Assembly (NCBI GenBank): GCA_037189525.1
Contig: JBBCJC010000003.1
Location: forward strand, 535,609 to 599,608
DNA length: 64,000 nt
From: Gemmatimonadales bacterium
Lineage (GTDB): Bacteria; Gemmatimonadota; Gemmatimonadetes; Gemmatimonadales; GWC2-71-9
Reading direction: 5' to 3'
Made by a program: the position numbers and the translations under genes. Of this stretch, positions 20,337 to 31,451 are shown one piece after another (position 1 is the first letter of the stretch; every line of letters begins with the position of its first letter). The notes below the pieces were generated by a model. That model saw nothing but the letters and a program-made list of their open reading frames with translations. It was not told the origin of the DNA and made no database searches.

Positions 20337-21430
20337 TGAATCTGGGCGTACCGCAAGGTGATGTGACCGCTCGCGCCGGTGGCGCTGTAATAATTGATCA
20401 GTTGGATCTTGTAGACGTCGTTGCCGGCCTTCACCAGGTAGACGTTGAAGGTCGGAGAGAGCCGGTTGTCGCCCGTGAGATTGTAGAGGAAGGGGCCTTT
20501 CTTGTCGGCCAGTGTCGCGCTGAACGGCACGACGCCGCTCCGCCCGGCCAGAAAGGCGCCGTACTCGGCGGCGTCCGCCGCGGTGGTCATGCCATCGAAC
20601 GACTGAGACCCGTCGACCGGAAACGTGCCGGCTCCGCAGGCAACGTTGGGCACGATTGCGAAGCTTTCGGTATCGAACCGGATGTCCCAGCCGCAGCCCG
20701 TGGCCGCGCCGGTAGCGCCCGTGCCGAAATCGAGGGCGACGCTGCCGGCTTCGACCTGGAGGACCGCCGTTTGCTTCGCACCCAGCGTCCCGTTGGGCGC
20801 CTGCGTGCGCCATTCGACCGTGGCGGACGTCAGGGTGGCATTCTGCTGACTGCTGCCGCCGCTCGTGCTCTGAATCACCCGGAAGACGGCGTGGCCGCCG
20901 TTGCTGCTTCGCTTGAGCTTCCACGACATGGTGGCGTTCGCAACCGGGCCCTGCGGACCGAAGCTGAGCCAGGCGAGCGGATTGGCCTCGATCCGTTCCG
21001 ACACGAACGACGCGGCCGGCGGAATGTTGCTCGTTCCGATCGCGTCGAAGGCAGCCTTCTGGTTTTCGGCGGTAAAGCCGAGGATCTGCTCGTTGGTGGC
21101 GTTCTCGTTGTTGGCGAGATTGAAACCGGTGAGTCCCTTCGGCCCCGAAATGCCGCCGTTGAGGCGTACTTCGTAGCGCCGTACGGCCAGATCCCAGGCC
21201 GACGAGGTGCTCGGATTGGTCACCTGGACCGTCTGTCCCGACGCGAGATCGAAGTACACGAAGTTGGCGTTGGATGACGCATCGAGGGTCACCGTTCCGG
21301 AGGGCAACTGGGGGTCGTCGGGACCGGTCGTATCGCTTTCACACCCGGTGAGTACCGCGCCGGCGACCGCGAGTGCGGCCACGCCGCGAATGCGGGAAGC
21401 CAGGCACGGAAGGAACGATGAGATTTGCAT
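20333..21430 (-). CDS. HmuY-family lipoprotein
   Basis: Lipobox LTG-C; YFDL, WDLAVRRYEVRLNGGISG, a second WDIRF, and YKIQLINYY...GHITLRY motifs typical of HmuY. Confidence 0.82.
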   Translation of the reverse strand: MQISSFLPCLASRIRGVAALAVAGAVLTGCESDTTGPDDPQLPSGTVTLDASSNANFVYFDLASGQTVQVTNPSTSSAWDLAVRRYEVRLNGGISGPKGLTGFNLANNENATNEQILGFTAENQKAAFDAIGTSNIPPAASFVSERIEANPLAWLSFGPQGPVANATMSWKLKRSSNGGHAVFRVIQSTSGGSSQQNATLTSATVEWRTQAPNGTLGAKQTAVLQVEAGSVALDFGTGATGAATGCGWDIRFDTESFAIVPNVACGAGTFPVDGSQSFDGMTTAADAAEYGAFLAGRSGVVPFSATLADKKGPFLYNLTGDNRLSPTFNVYLVKAGNDVYKIQLINYYSATGASGHITLRYAQIQ

Positions 21431-21568
21431 CGAAAACACCGTTGGAAAAGGTCAGGCGGACCGCAGCCGGTCCGAAACCGGGAACCTATCGGGGACACCC
21501 CGCGAAAAGGTACCGAACTACTACGGTACCGGGGTTGCTTCTGACGGCGGTCCGAATCACGTTCCCGG

Positions 21569-22318
21569 ATGACCAATACCGAAAATCCGGCGGCGCAGCG
21601 ATCGGCCGACGAACAACGCTTTCTTGCCGCTCCCGGCTCGCGACTCGCCGAGTTCTTCCGTGTCCTCAGGATCGCGGCGGAGTTCGTCCGCGGCTTTCGC
21701 GCCCTGCATTTCGTCGGGCCGTGTGTCACCGTCTTCGGATCGGCCCGGTTTCCCGAGGACCATCCCTACTATGAACTGAGCCGGAAAGTCGGCGAGCGGA
21801 TTGCCGGCCTGGGCCTCACGACCATGACGGGCGGCGGCCCCGGGGTGATGGAAGCGGCCAATCGGGGCGCGCGGGAAGCGGGCGGCCGATCGATCGGCTG
21901 CAACATCTGGCTGCCCAAGGAGCAGCACCACAATCCGTACGTCGACCGGGTCGTCACCTTCCGGTATTTCTTCGTTCGCAAGGTGATGCTGGTCAAGTAC
22001 AGCTACGCCTTCGTGGTGCTGCCGGGCGGCTTCGGCACGCTCGACGAACTGTTCGAAGCGCTGACCCTGGTGCAGACCCAGAAGATCACCGCCTTTCCGA
22101 TCGTGCTGATGGGGGTGGACTACTGGACCAAAATGTTCGATTTCATGCGCGAGACGCTCGTTGCGCAGGGCACCATCGACGAGTCCGATCTCCGTCTCTT
22201 TCGGCTCACCGACTCGCTCGATGACATGGTCGAAGAACTGGAGCGATCGATGGCCGTCAACGCTCCGGGGTGGTCGCAGTCGCCTCGGCCGAAGCCGATT
22301 CTGGGCGAACGTACCTGA
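21569..22318 (+). CDS. LOG family (TIGR00730-type) nucleotide phosphoribohydrolase
   Basis: VTVFGSAR, TGGGPGVMEAAN, YFFVRK, PGGFGTLDE. Confidence 0.93.
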   Translation: MTNTENPAAQRSADEQRFLAAPGSRLAEFFRVLRIAAEFVRGFRALHFVGPCVTVFGSARFPEDHPYYELSRKVGERIAGLGLTTMTGGGPGVMEAANRGAREAGGRSIGCNIWLPKEQHHNPYVDRVVTFRYFFVRKVMLVKYSYAFVVLPGGFGTLDELFEALTLVQTQKITAFPIVLMGVDYWTKMFDFMRETLVAQGTIDESDLRLFRLTDSLDDMVEELERSMAVNAPGWSQSPRPKPILGERT

Positions 22319-22336
22319 TTGGGAGCCGGACCTGCC

Positions 22337-23149
22337 ATGCCGCCACGCCTCGAACCCCTCGCGCCCGGTCGGGCGCCGGACCTGACCGACAAGGAGGCCC
22401 GGGCCGCCGCCGGGACACCCAAGGGCAAGGAAGCCGATGCGTTGCTCGACCCACTGCGCCACCGGATGGAGGTGCTGCAGCACGCGCTGGGTGCGGAGGA
22501 TCGGCGCGCGGTGCTGGTGGTGCTCCAGGGGCGCGATGCCTCAGGGAAAGACGGCACCGTCAAGAAGGTCTTCGGCGATCTGAACCCAGCCTACTGCCGG
22601 GTCAGTACCTTCAAACGTCCCACGCCGCTCGAACTGCGCCACGATTTTCTCTGGCGGGTCCATCAACAGACTCCGCCCGCCGGAGTGATCGGCGTGTTCA
22701 ACCGGTCTCACTACGAAGACGTACTCGCGGTTCGGGTGCACGAGTTGGCGCCGGAAGCTCTCTGGCGCGCGCGCTACCGGCACATCAACGATTTCGAACG
22801 GATGCTGGTCGACCACGGGGTCACGATCCTCAAGTTTTTTCTGCACATCTCGAAAGGTGAGCAGCGGGAGCGGCTCGAGGAACGGCTGGACGACCCGACC
22901 AAGAACTGGAAATTCGACGTGGGTGATCTGGCGGAGCGAGACCGCTGGGACGCCTATACCGCGGCTTACCGCGACATGTTCGTCGAAACGGGGACGGCGC
23001 ACGCGCCGTGGTATCTGGTCCCGGCCGATCAGAAGTCGGTGCGGGATCTGCTGATTGCCGAGGTCGTGGTGGATGCGCTGGAACGGCTCGACCCCCGCTA
23101 TCCCGCGGCGGATCCGGCCGTGCTGGCTTTCAGGGGAAAGATCCGCTGA
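22337..23149 (+). CDS. ppk2: Polyphosphate kinase 2 family (class III-like)
   Basis: QGRDASGKDG Walker A, FNRSHYEDV, KFFLHISK, KNWKF, APWYLVPAD. Confidence 0.93.
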   Translation: MPPRLEPLAPGRAPDLTDKEARAAAGTPKGKEADALLDPLRHRMEVLQHALGAEDRRAVLVVLQGRDASGKDGTVKKVFGDLNPAYCRVSTFKRPTPLELRHDFLWRVHQQTPPAGVIGVFNRSHYEDVLAVRVHELAPEALWRARYRHINDFERMLVDHGVTILKFFLHISKGEQRERLEERLDDPTKNWKFDVGDLAERDRWDAYTAAYRDMFVETGTAHAPWYLVPADQKSVRDLLIAEVVVDALERLDPRYPAADPAVLAFRGKIR

Positions 23150-23158
23150 TCCGGCGGG

Positions 23159-23617
23159 TCAGAACGTGCCGCCCGGTCCCGCAATCAGATAGGCGAGCCG
23201 GTCGCCGTTCATGTAGAACGGGAACTTGGTTGCAAAGGCGTTGACGAATTTGGCGGTGAGCTTGGCGTCGCTCGACGACACCGCTATCGACACCAGGGGA
23301 AAATTGCCCGCCGGGACGTGATCGTAGTCGAGCACGTAATAGGTGCGGTCGAAGGAGGTGTTGAGCCCGCCGGGGAGATACTGCGCCAGTCCCTGCGGAA
23401 TCTGGCCGGCGCCGGCCTCGGGAGGCCAGCCGTCGTGGTCCGCGTAGTAGTTCAACGCCGCCACGGTGACCGAGCGGAAGTCGGCTGTCAGGGAGGCTAC
23501 CCGCGCGGTCGACCGCAGGTCGATGTATTTGAGCATCCCCAGCGTGGCCAGCATGCTGACGATCAGGGTGACCATGATCATCTCGACCAGGGTAAACCCA
23601 CGCCGGTTGCTGCGCAT
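23159..23617 (-). CDS. Type IV pilin / type II secretion pseudopilin-like protein
   Basis: Prepilin cleavage motif RRG|FTLVE followed by a hydrophobic helix. Confidence 0.85.
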   Translation of the reverse strand: MRSNRRGFTLVEMIMVTLIVSMLATLGMLKYIDLRSTARVASLTADFRSVTVAALNYYADHDGWPPEAGAGQIPQGLAQYLPGGLNTSFDRTYYVLDYDHVPAGNFPLVSIAVSSSDAKLTAKFVNAFATKFPFYMNGDRLAYLIAGPGGTF

Positions 23618-24108
23618 CACTGCCGCCTCTGCAGCGCATGGATCGCGCTGGCGGCAATCGACTCGATCGGGCTCGAGGGCCGGAGCCGGATCAGCGAATC
23701 GCCGCTCGGCAGGCTCACTTCGAAATCATGCGCACCAAGCTTTGTGAAACCGATCGCCTGGTTGGTGACACCCGCTTCGTCGAGCGTCGCCGGCAGACGG
23801 CCGGTCCGTGCCTCGTAGTTCCGGATCCGTCCGACCGCATCCACCAGCGTCAGTTCGGCCGATGCGGTGCGAATGGCAGGAGTCTCCACTGGCAAGCCCG
23901 GGCCTACCAGCCATGCGGGCCGGAGGGCAAGCAGGGTTCCTCCCGCAATGAGGAGAGCTGCCAGGGCCACGCGCAGCGCGGTCTGACCCTGACGCGTTCC
24001 GCGCCGCGCCTGGTCGGCGGCTTTGGTCCGCTGGTCGGCCACCGCGGCCTGGGCCGCCTGGTACAGCGCACTCTTGCTGTGTGTCTGATTCGACGTGTTG
24101 CGCCCCAT
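23617..24108 (-). CDS. Hypothetical single-pass membrane protein
   Basis: One TM segment, then RIRNYEARTGRLPATLDE; stop overlaps the pilin start. Confidence 0.7.
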   Translation of the reverse strand: MGRNTSNQTHSKSALYQAAQAAVADQRTKAADQARRGTRQGQTALRVALAALLIAGGTLLALRPAWLVGPGLPVETPAIRTASAELTLVDAVGRIRNYEARTGRLPATLDEAGVTNQAIGFTKLGAHDFEVSLPSGDSLIRLRPSSPIESIAASAIHALQRRQ

Positions 24109-24233
24109 GCTCTCAGCCCCTTTCCGGAGGCCCCACCCCCAACTTAATCGGACGATCCGATTGACCGGACGATTTTTCCGCCGGATTCGCCAGGCGGAGG
24201 TGGTCGAGGCCGTTTCGGAAGCCGGTCGCCTGC

Positions 24234-24242
24234 TGGTATACT
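24234..24242 (+). promoter_or_regulatory. Extended -10 promoter for aroA-cmk
   Basis: TGG-TATACT about 30 nt upstream of the first aroA ATG. Confidence 0.45.
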
Positions 24243-24272
24243 AAGCTTTGACGTGGCAACGTTCTAGACACC

Positions 24273-25604
24273 ATGCAAGACGACGCGGCTGGAGGCCCGA
24301 TGAGCCCCCCTCCGAACGGCTTGCCGGCTTTCATATCGAGTTTCATGCCATCCTTGGACCTGATCGCCGTTCCTGGCGACAAGAGCATCACCCACCGGGC
24401 TCTGATGCTGGCCGCCCTGGCGCGGGGAACCAGCCGGATTACCCGCCCATTGACCTCCCTCGACGCCCGCTCGACCGCCCGGGTGCTTCGCCAACTCGGC
24501 GCCACGATTGGATCCCTGCGCAGCGAGGGAACCGTGCTGGTGACCGGCCGGGGTCGCTTTCGCGAGCCGGTAGCTACGCTCCATTGCGGCAACTCCGGCA
24601 CCACCGCCCGGCTGATGCTCGGGCTGCTGGCGCCCCATCGGTTTGCCAGCCGCCTGACCGGCGATGCCAGCCTGCGTCGTCGTCCGATGCGGCGGCTCAC
24701 CGAGCCACTCGGCGCCATGGGTGCGCGTTTCGAGCCTCTCTTGGCCGACCGGCTGCCGCTCGTGATCCGCGGCGGCAAGCTCGAGAGCATCCGCTGGGAA
24801 TTGCCGGTTTCGAGCGCGCAGCTCAAGAGCGCTTTGCTCCTGGCCGGCATCGTCGGCGATGTGCCGGTGTCCGTCAAAGAGCCGCACGGCAAGGCGCGCG
24901 ATCACACCGAGCGGATGCTGCGAGGGCTGGGCTTCACGGTTCGGGAGCGTGGCGGCTGGGTCGGCCTCGAGGGCGGGGGGCCGATCGCGCCCTTCGAGAT
25001 CGCGGTGCCCGGCGATCCGAGCTCGGCGGCCTTTCTGGTCGGGGCCGGGTTGCTGGGCAGCCGCCAGGTGCGGATCGGCCCGGTCGGCCTCAACCCGACT
25101 CGGACGGCTTTTCTCGATGTGCTGTCCCGGATGGGCGCTGCGGTCGACGCGGAGGTGTCCGGGACCGAACTGGGCGAACCGGTCGGCACCATCGAGGTCG
25201 GGCCCGGAACGCTCAAGGCTACGGTGGTTCCCGCCGGGGAGATTCCGGCGCTGATTGATGAGGTGCCGCTGCTCGCGGTCATGGCCGCGCGCGCCGAGGG
25301 GACCACGCGGTTCGATGAAGTCGGCGAACTCCGGGTCAAGGAGAGCGATCGGCTGGCGCTCATCGCGGAGAATCTGGTCCGGTTGGGCTACCGGGCAGCG
25401 GGTGAGGGCAACACGCTGATCGTGGAGGGGAGTGATCATCCGCCGCGCGGCCGCGTGCGCACCGACGGCGACCACCGCATTGCAATGGCGTTTGCCGTGC
25501 TGGGCACGGTGCCGGGCGCGCGCATCGTGGTCGATGATCCCGACTGTGCCGCCGTCAGCTTTCCGGGGTTCGACGCCGCGCTCCGCCAGGTGCGGGGCCG
25601 CTGA
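24273..25604 (+). CDS. aroA: EPSP synthase (class II); start uncertain
   Basis: PGDKSITHR, GNSGTTAR, SSAQLKS, RDHTERM, ELRVKESDR, DHRIAM. Confidence 0.96.
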   Translation: MQDDAAGGPMSPPPNGLPAFISSFMPSLDLIAVPGDKSITHRALMLAALARGTSRITRPLTSLDARSTARVLRQLGATIGSLRSEGTVLVTGRGRFREPVATLHCGNSGTTARLMLGLLAPHRFASRLTGDASLRRRPMRRLTEPLGAMGARFEPLLADRLPLVIRGGKLESIRWELPVSSAQLKSALLLAGIVGDVPVSVKEPHGKARDHTERMLRGLGFTVRERGGWVGLEGGGPIAPFEIAVPGDPSSAAFLVGAGLLGSRQVRIGPVGLNPTRTAFLDVLSRMGAAVDAEVSGTELGEPVGTIEVGPGTLKATVVPAGEIPALIDEVPLLAVMAARAEGTTRFDEVGELRVKESDRLALIAENLVRLGYRAAGEGNTLIVEGSDHPPRGRVRTDGDHRIAMAFAVLGTVPGARIVVDDPDCAAVSFPGFDAALRQVRGR

Positions 25605-26278
25605 TGACGGTGCGCGTCATTGCGATCGATGGTCCCGCTGCGTCGGGGAAGTCGTCGACGGCGTCGGCCGTGGCCCGTCGAATCGGGGCCTACCATCTCG
25701 ACTCCGGCGCGCTCTATCGCGGCCTCACGGCGGTGGCGCTCGATGCCGGAACCGACGACCCGGCCGAGGTCATTGCCGCCGCCGAGCAGCGCGGTCTGGC
25801 GCTGGTGCGCGACGGGATCGAGATCGTGCCGGTCCTGGATGGCCGGGCTGCCGAGCCGGTGATCCGTTCGGCCGCCGTCACGGGGCATGTCTCCGCGATT
25901 GCTGCGCTCGGACCGCTTCGCGACTGGGTCAATCACCGCCTCCGGGCGGTGGCCGATGGCGGGCACCTGCTGGTGCTGGACGGGCGTGATATCGGCACCG
26001 CCGTCTTTCCCGAGGCCCCGCTCAAGTTCTTTCTCACCGCCACACCGGAGGCCAGAGCCCGCCGGCGCCTGCGGCAGCGGGGGGCAGCCCCCGACGGCCC
26101 GGCCCTCCGGCAAGAAGCCGAGGCGCTGGCGGCCCGGGATGCCTTCGACTCGGAGCGAGCCGTGGCACCACTTCGCCAGGCGGATGACGCCGTGCTGCTC
26201 GATACCACCAATCTCTCCTTCGACGACCAGGTCGCCCGGATCGTGGCGGCCGCCAGGGCGGTTCTGCACCAGTCCTGA
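25604..26278 (+). CDS. cmk: Cytidylate kinase
   Basis: IAIDGPAASGKS, LDSGALYR, DGRDIGT. Confidence 0.96.
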   Translation: MTVRVIAIDGPAASGKSSTASAVARRIGAYHLDSGALYRGLTAVALDAGTDDPAEVIAAAEQRGLALVRDGIEIVPVLDGRAAEPVIRSAAVTGHVSAIAALGPLRDWVNHRLRAVADGGHLLVLDGRDIGTAVFPEAPLKFFLTATPEARARRRLRQRGAAPDGPALRQEAEALAARDAFDSERAVAPLRQADDAVLLDTTNLSFDDQVARIVAAARAVLHQS

Positions 26279-26411
26279 GCCCTCCCGGGCCTCCGCCTTG
26301 TTTGGCGGCCGGCCGGCCAATATCTTTCCTTGCTGGCCTGGATCGCGTCGATCCTGGCGTCTTTCACTTCAACCCCGGGTGAGTTCGTCCCGGGTGCTCA
26401 GGAGGATCTCC

Positions 26412-28121
26412 ATGTCCAAACCCCGCAAGTCAGGGGCTGCCCAGTTCTCGACCGCGACGGGCCTTCGCGTCCGCACGGATTTGTACGACGAGAACTATTC
26501 GGATGCCGATTACGAAAGCATGCTCTCGTTGTACGAGGGCACCATGGCCCAGATCGTCGAGGGCGAGATCGTCAAGTCGAAGGTCCTCCGGATCACCGAC
26601 AACGCGGTCATCCTCGATGTCGGGTTCAAGTCCGAAGGCTCCGTACCGCTCGACGAGTTCAAGGAGCGGCCGCAAGAGGGTGAAGAGGTCGAGGTTTTCC
26701 TGGAGCACCTGGAGGATCAGGAGGGCGCGGTCGTGCTCTCCAAGAAGAAGGCCGACTTCATGCGGGTCTGGGAAAAGATCCGCGTGGCCCACGAGAACGA
26801 CGAGCCGGTGCAGGGCACCTTGATGAAGAAGATCAAGGGCGGCGTGGTCGTGAACGTGATGGGCGTCGACGCCTTCCTCCCGGGGTCGCAGATTGCGCTC
26901 CGCCGGGTGCCCAACATCGACGAGCTGCTGGGACAGAACTTCGAGTTCAAGATCATCAAGCTCAACAAGCGCCGCCGGAACATCGTGGTGTCGCGCCGCG
27001 TGATCCTCGAGAACGAGCGGGCCAGCAAGCGCGAGCACCTGATGAAGGAGCTCCAGCCGCAGCAGGTGCGCAAGGGCGTGGTCAAGAACATCACGGACTT
27101 CGGCGCGTTCATCGATCTCGGTGGCGTCGACGGCCTGCTCCACATCACCGACATGTCGTACGGCCGGGTGTCGCACCCGACCGAGCTGGTCCAGATCGGC
27201 TCCGAGGTCGAGGTCAAGATCCTGGACATCGACTGGCAGCGTGAGCGGATCTCGCTGGGCATGAAGCAGCTCCAGCCGTATCCGTGGAAGGACATCGCCG
27301 AGAAGTACCCGGTCGGTACGCGGGTGCAGGGCAAGGTGGTCTCGATCACCAACTACGGCGCCTTCGTCGAGCTCGAGGCGGGCATCGAAGGTCTGGTGCA
27401 CATCTCCGAGATGAGCTGGACCCGCAACGTCCGGCATCCGTCGAAGATCGTCTCCATCGGCGAGACTATCGAGGCGGTGGTGCTCAAGGTCGACGAGACC
27501 GAAGAGAAGATCTCGCTCGGTATGAAGCAGACCGAGCAGGACCCGTGGATGATCCTGCCGCAGCGGTACCCGGTGGGCACCCGGATCCAGGGCAAGGTGC
27601 GCAACCTGACCAGCTTCGGCGCCTTCGTCGAGATCGAACCGGGGATCGATGGCCTGATCCACATCTCCGACATGTCGTGGACCAAGCGGGTGCAGCATCC
27701 GTCGGAAGTCGTCAAGAAGGGCGACGGCGTCGACGTGGTGGTGCTCAACATCGATGCGGAGAACAAGCGGATCTCGCTCGGACTCAAGCAGGCCGAAGAA
27801 GATCCCTGGCTCAAGATCGGCGAGAGCCTCCCGGTCGGGTCGGAAATCCGCGGTCGGATCGTGCGGATGATGGACAAGGGCGTCGTGGTCGACCTGGGTA
27901 ACGACCTCGAGGGCTTTGCGCCGATGTCGCAGCTGGGCTTCGAGAACGTCCAGAACCCGGCCGACGTCGTGACCGAGGGCCAGGTGGCCGATGTCGAGGT
28001 CATCGAGGTCGATCCGATCCATCACCGGATCGTGGTCGTGGTCAAGACGTATCCGGACGACGAGACCGGCGCGCCGCCCAAGCAGGATCCGCTGCCGCCG
28101 ATTACCGACACGATCGAGTAA
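26412..28121 (+). CDS. rpsA: 30S ribosomal protein S1
   Basis: SD AGGAGG at 26400-26405; repeated S1 domains (FGAFIDLGGVDGLLHITDMS, GLVHISEMSW). Confidence 0.97.
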   Translation: MSKPRKSGAAQFSTATGLRVRTDLYDENYSDADYESMLSLYEGTMAQIVEGEIVKSKVLRITDNAVILDVGFKSEGSVPLDEFKERPQEGEEVEVFLEHLEDQEGAVVLSKKKADFMRVWEKIRVAHENDEPVQGTLMKKIKGGVVVNVMGVDAFLPGSQIALRRVPNIDELLGQNFEFKIIKLNKRRRNIVVSRRVILENERASKREHLMKELQPQQVRKGVVKNITDFGAFIDLGGVDGLLHITDMSYGRVSHPTELVQIGSEVEVKILDIDWQRERISLGMKQLQPYPWKDIAEKYPVGTRVQGKVVSITNYGAFVELEAGIEGLVHISEMSWTRNVRHPSKIVSIGETIEAVVLKVDETEEKISLGMKQTEQDPWMILPQRYPVGTRIQGKVRNLTSFGAFVEIEPGIDGLIHISDMSWTKRVQHPSEVVKKGDGVDVVVLNIDAENKRISLGLKQAEEDPWLKIGESLPVGSEIRGRIVRMMDKGVVVDLGNDLEGFAPMSQLGFENVQNPADVVTEGQVADVEVIEVDPIHHRIVVVVKTYPDDETGAPPKQDPLPPITDTIE

Positions 28122-28144
28122 TCACGCGACGCTGACGCAGTTGG

Positions 28145-28184
28145 ACGTGGCGGACTCCTTCCGGGGTCCGCCACGTTGCGTTTG
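28145..28184 (+). terminator. Probable terminator after rpsA
   Basis: ACGTGGCGGACTCC-ttcc-GGGGTCCGCCACGT followed by TGCGTTT. Confidence 0.6.
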
Positions 28185-28381
28185 GGGGGCGGTCCTTCCG
28201 GTCGGTCGCTTTATGCTCTGGGCGGGCCAGATCGGCGTCCTCGTTCTCCCGCTGACCATCGTCGTCCTGGACCGTCGAGGCCCACCGGCGCGGCGACATC
28301 TGAACCCATTCATTTCCCGTTTCAAACGGCCGGCCGTCGATCCCGTCGCGAGCCGATCGGCGCCCGGTTTAGATTGCCGCC

Positions 28382-29935
<1,554 letters not shown>

Positions 29936-29948
29936 CGGTGACCATTTC

Positions 29949-31448
29949 ATGACGATACGACGTGTCCTGGTGGCCAACCGGGGTGAAATTGCGCTCCGGA
30001 TCATTCGGGCGTGCCACGAAGAGGGACTGGAAGCGGTGGCCGTCTACTCCGACGCCGATCGCGGCTCGCCCTATGTGCGCGCGGCCGACGCCGCGGTCCA
30101 TATCGGACCGTCGCAGGCTGCGCAAAGCTATCTGCTGATCGATCGGATTCTCGATGCGGCGCGGTCGACGGGCGCGCAGGCGATCCACCCCGGCTTCGGA
30201 TTCCTGTCCGAGCGGGCGCCCTTTGCCCGGGCGGTCGAGGCAGCCGGGCTCGTCTTCATCGGCCCGCCCGCCTCCGCCATCGACGCCATGGGCGACAAGA
30301 CCGAAGCTCGGCGGCGGATGGAAGCTGCCGGCGTGCCCGTCGTGCCCGGCGCCATGGCCGCCTTGACCGATCCCGCCGAGGCTGCCGTGCTGGCCGAATC
30401 GCTCGGCTATCCGGTCCTGGTCAAAGCGGCGGCGGGCGGCGGCGGGAAGGGAATGCGCGTCGTTCGCGAAGCTGGCGAGCTGTCGGGAGCGCTCGAGTCC
30501 GCGGCGTCGGAGGCGCTCAAGTCCTTCGGTGACGCGTCGGTCTACCTGGAAAAATTCATCGAAGAGCCCAGGCACGTCGAAATCCAGGTCCTGGCCGATC
30601 ACGAGCGGACCATCCATCTGGGCGAGCGCGAGTGCTCGGTGCAGCGCCGGCATCAGAAGCTGTTGGAAGAGGCGCCGAGCGTTGCCGTCGATGAAGCGCT
30701 CCGCGAACGGATGGGAGCGGCTGCCGTGGCCGCGGCTCGCGCCGTCGGGTATCGGAGCGCGGGCACCTGCGAGTTCCTCCTGGCCCGCGACGGTTCGTTC
30801 TACTTCCTCGAGATGAACACCCGGATCCAGGTCGAGCACCCCGTCACCGAACTGATCTACGGGGTCGATCTGGTGCGCGAGCAGCTGCGCATCATGCGCG
30901 GCTTGCCGATGAGCGTGCCCGAGGGGCCGCTCACCCCGCGGGGCTGGGCCATCGAATGCCGGATCACGAGTGAAGATCCGGCCAACGGATTTTTGCCGTC
31001 GACCGGGCGGATCGAGTATCTCCGCAGTCCGGCCGGCCCCGGCGTGCGCTGGGACAGCGGCGTCGAAACGGGTGACGAGGTGGGTCTCTTCTACGATTCG
31101 ATGCTCGCCAAGCTGATCGTGCTTGGCCGCTCCCGAGAAGACGCGATCGTCCGGATGGAACGCGCCCTCTGGGAACTGGTCGTGGTCGGCGTCGCCACCA
31201 ATCAGTCGTTTCATCTGCGGCTCCTGGCGGATCCCGACTTCCGGGCCGGCAACATCCATATCCAATTCCTGGAACAGCGCCCCGATCTGATCACGGGGCC
31301 GGCGGCGCCCGAGGTCGTCGAGCGTCTGGCCGTGGCGGCGGCGCTGGCTGAGCATGAACGGCGCCTGTCGCACAAGCCCGCCGTGGCGGTCGACGACGGC
31401 CGGGCCAGCGCCTGGTTGGCCCGGGCCCGGCAGGAGGGGCTTCGGTAG
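29949..31448 (+). CDS. accC: Biotin carboxylase subunit
   Basis: ANRGEIA, HPGFGFLSE, GGGGKGMR, ERECSVQRRHQK, EMNTRIQVEH. Confidence 0.93.
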   Translation: MTIRRVLVANRGEIALRIIRACHEEGLEAVAVYSDADRGSPYVRAADAAVHIGPSQAAQSYLLIDRILDAARSTGAQAIHPGFGFLSERAPFARAVEAAGLVFIGPPASAIDAMGDKTEARRRMEAAGVPVVPGAMAALTDPAEAAVLAESLGYPVLVKAAAGGGGKGMRVVREAGELSGALESAASEALKSFGDASVYLEKFIEEPRHVEIQVLADHERTIHLGERECSVQRRHQKLLEEAPSVAVDEALRERMGAAAVAAARAVGYRSAGTCEFLLARDGSFYFLEMNTRIQVEHPVTELIYGVDLVREQLRIMRGLPMSVPEGPLTPRGWAIECRITSEDPANGFLPSTGRIEYLRSPAGPGVRWDSGVETGDEVGLFYDSMLAKLIVLGRSREDAIVRMERALWELVVVGVATNQSFHLRLLADPDFRAGNIHIQFLEQRPDLITGPAAPEVVERLAVAAALAEHERRLSHKPAVAVDDGRASAWLARARQEGLR

Positions 31449-31451
31449 GCG

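Noticed and set aside
20337-20924. N-terminal 196 aa of the 899-aa receptor ORF
   Set aside because: It overlaps the hmuY-like gene in another frame. The real start is the ATG at 20336, followed by a signal peptide.
21440-21568. Cobalamin riboswitch or Fur box upstream of the hmuY-receptor pair
   Set aside because: B12-box core motifs and an AT-rich Fur consensus are not visible.
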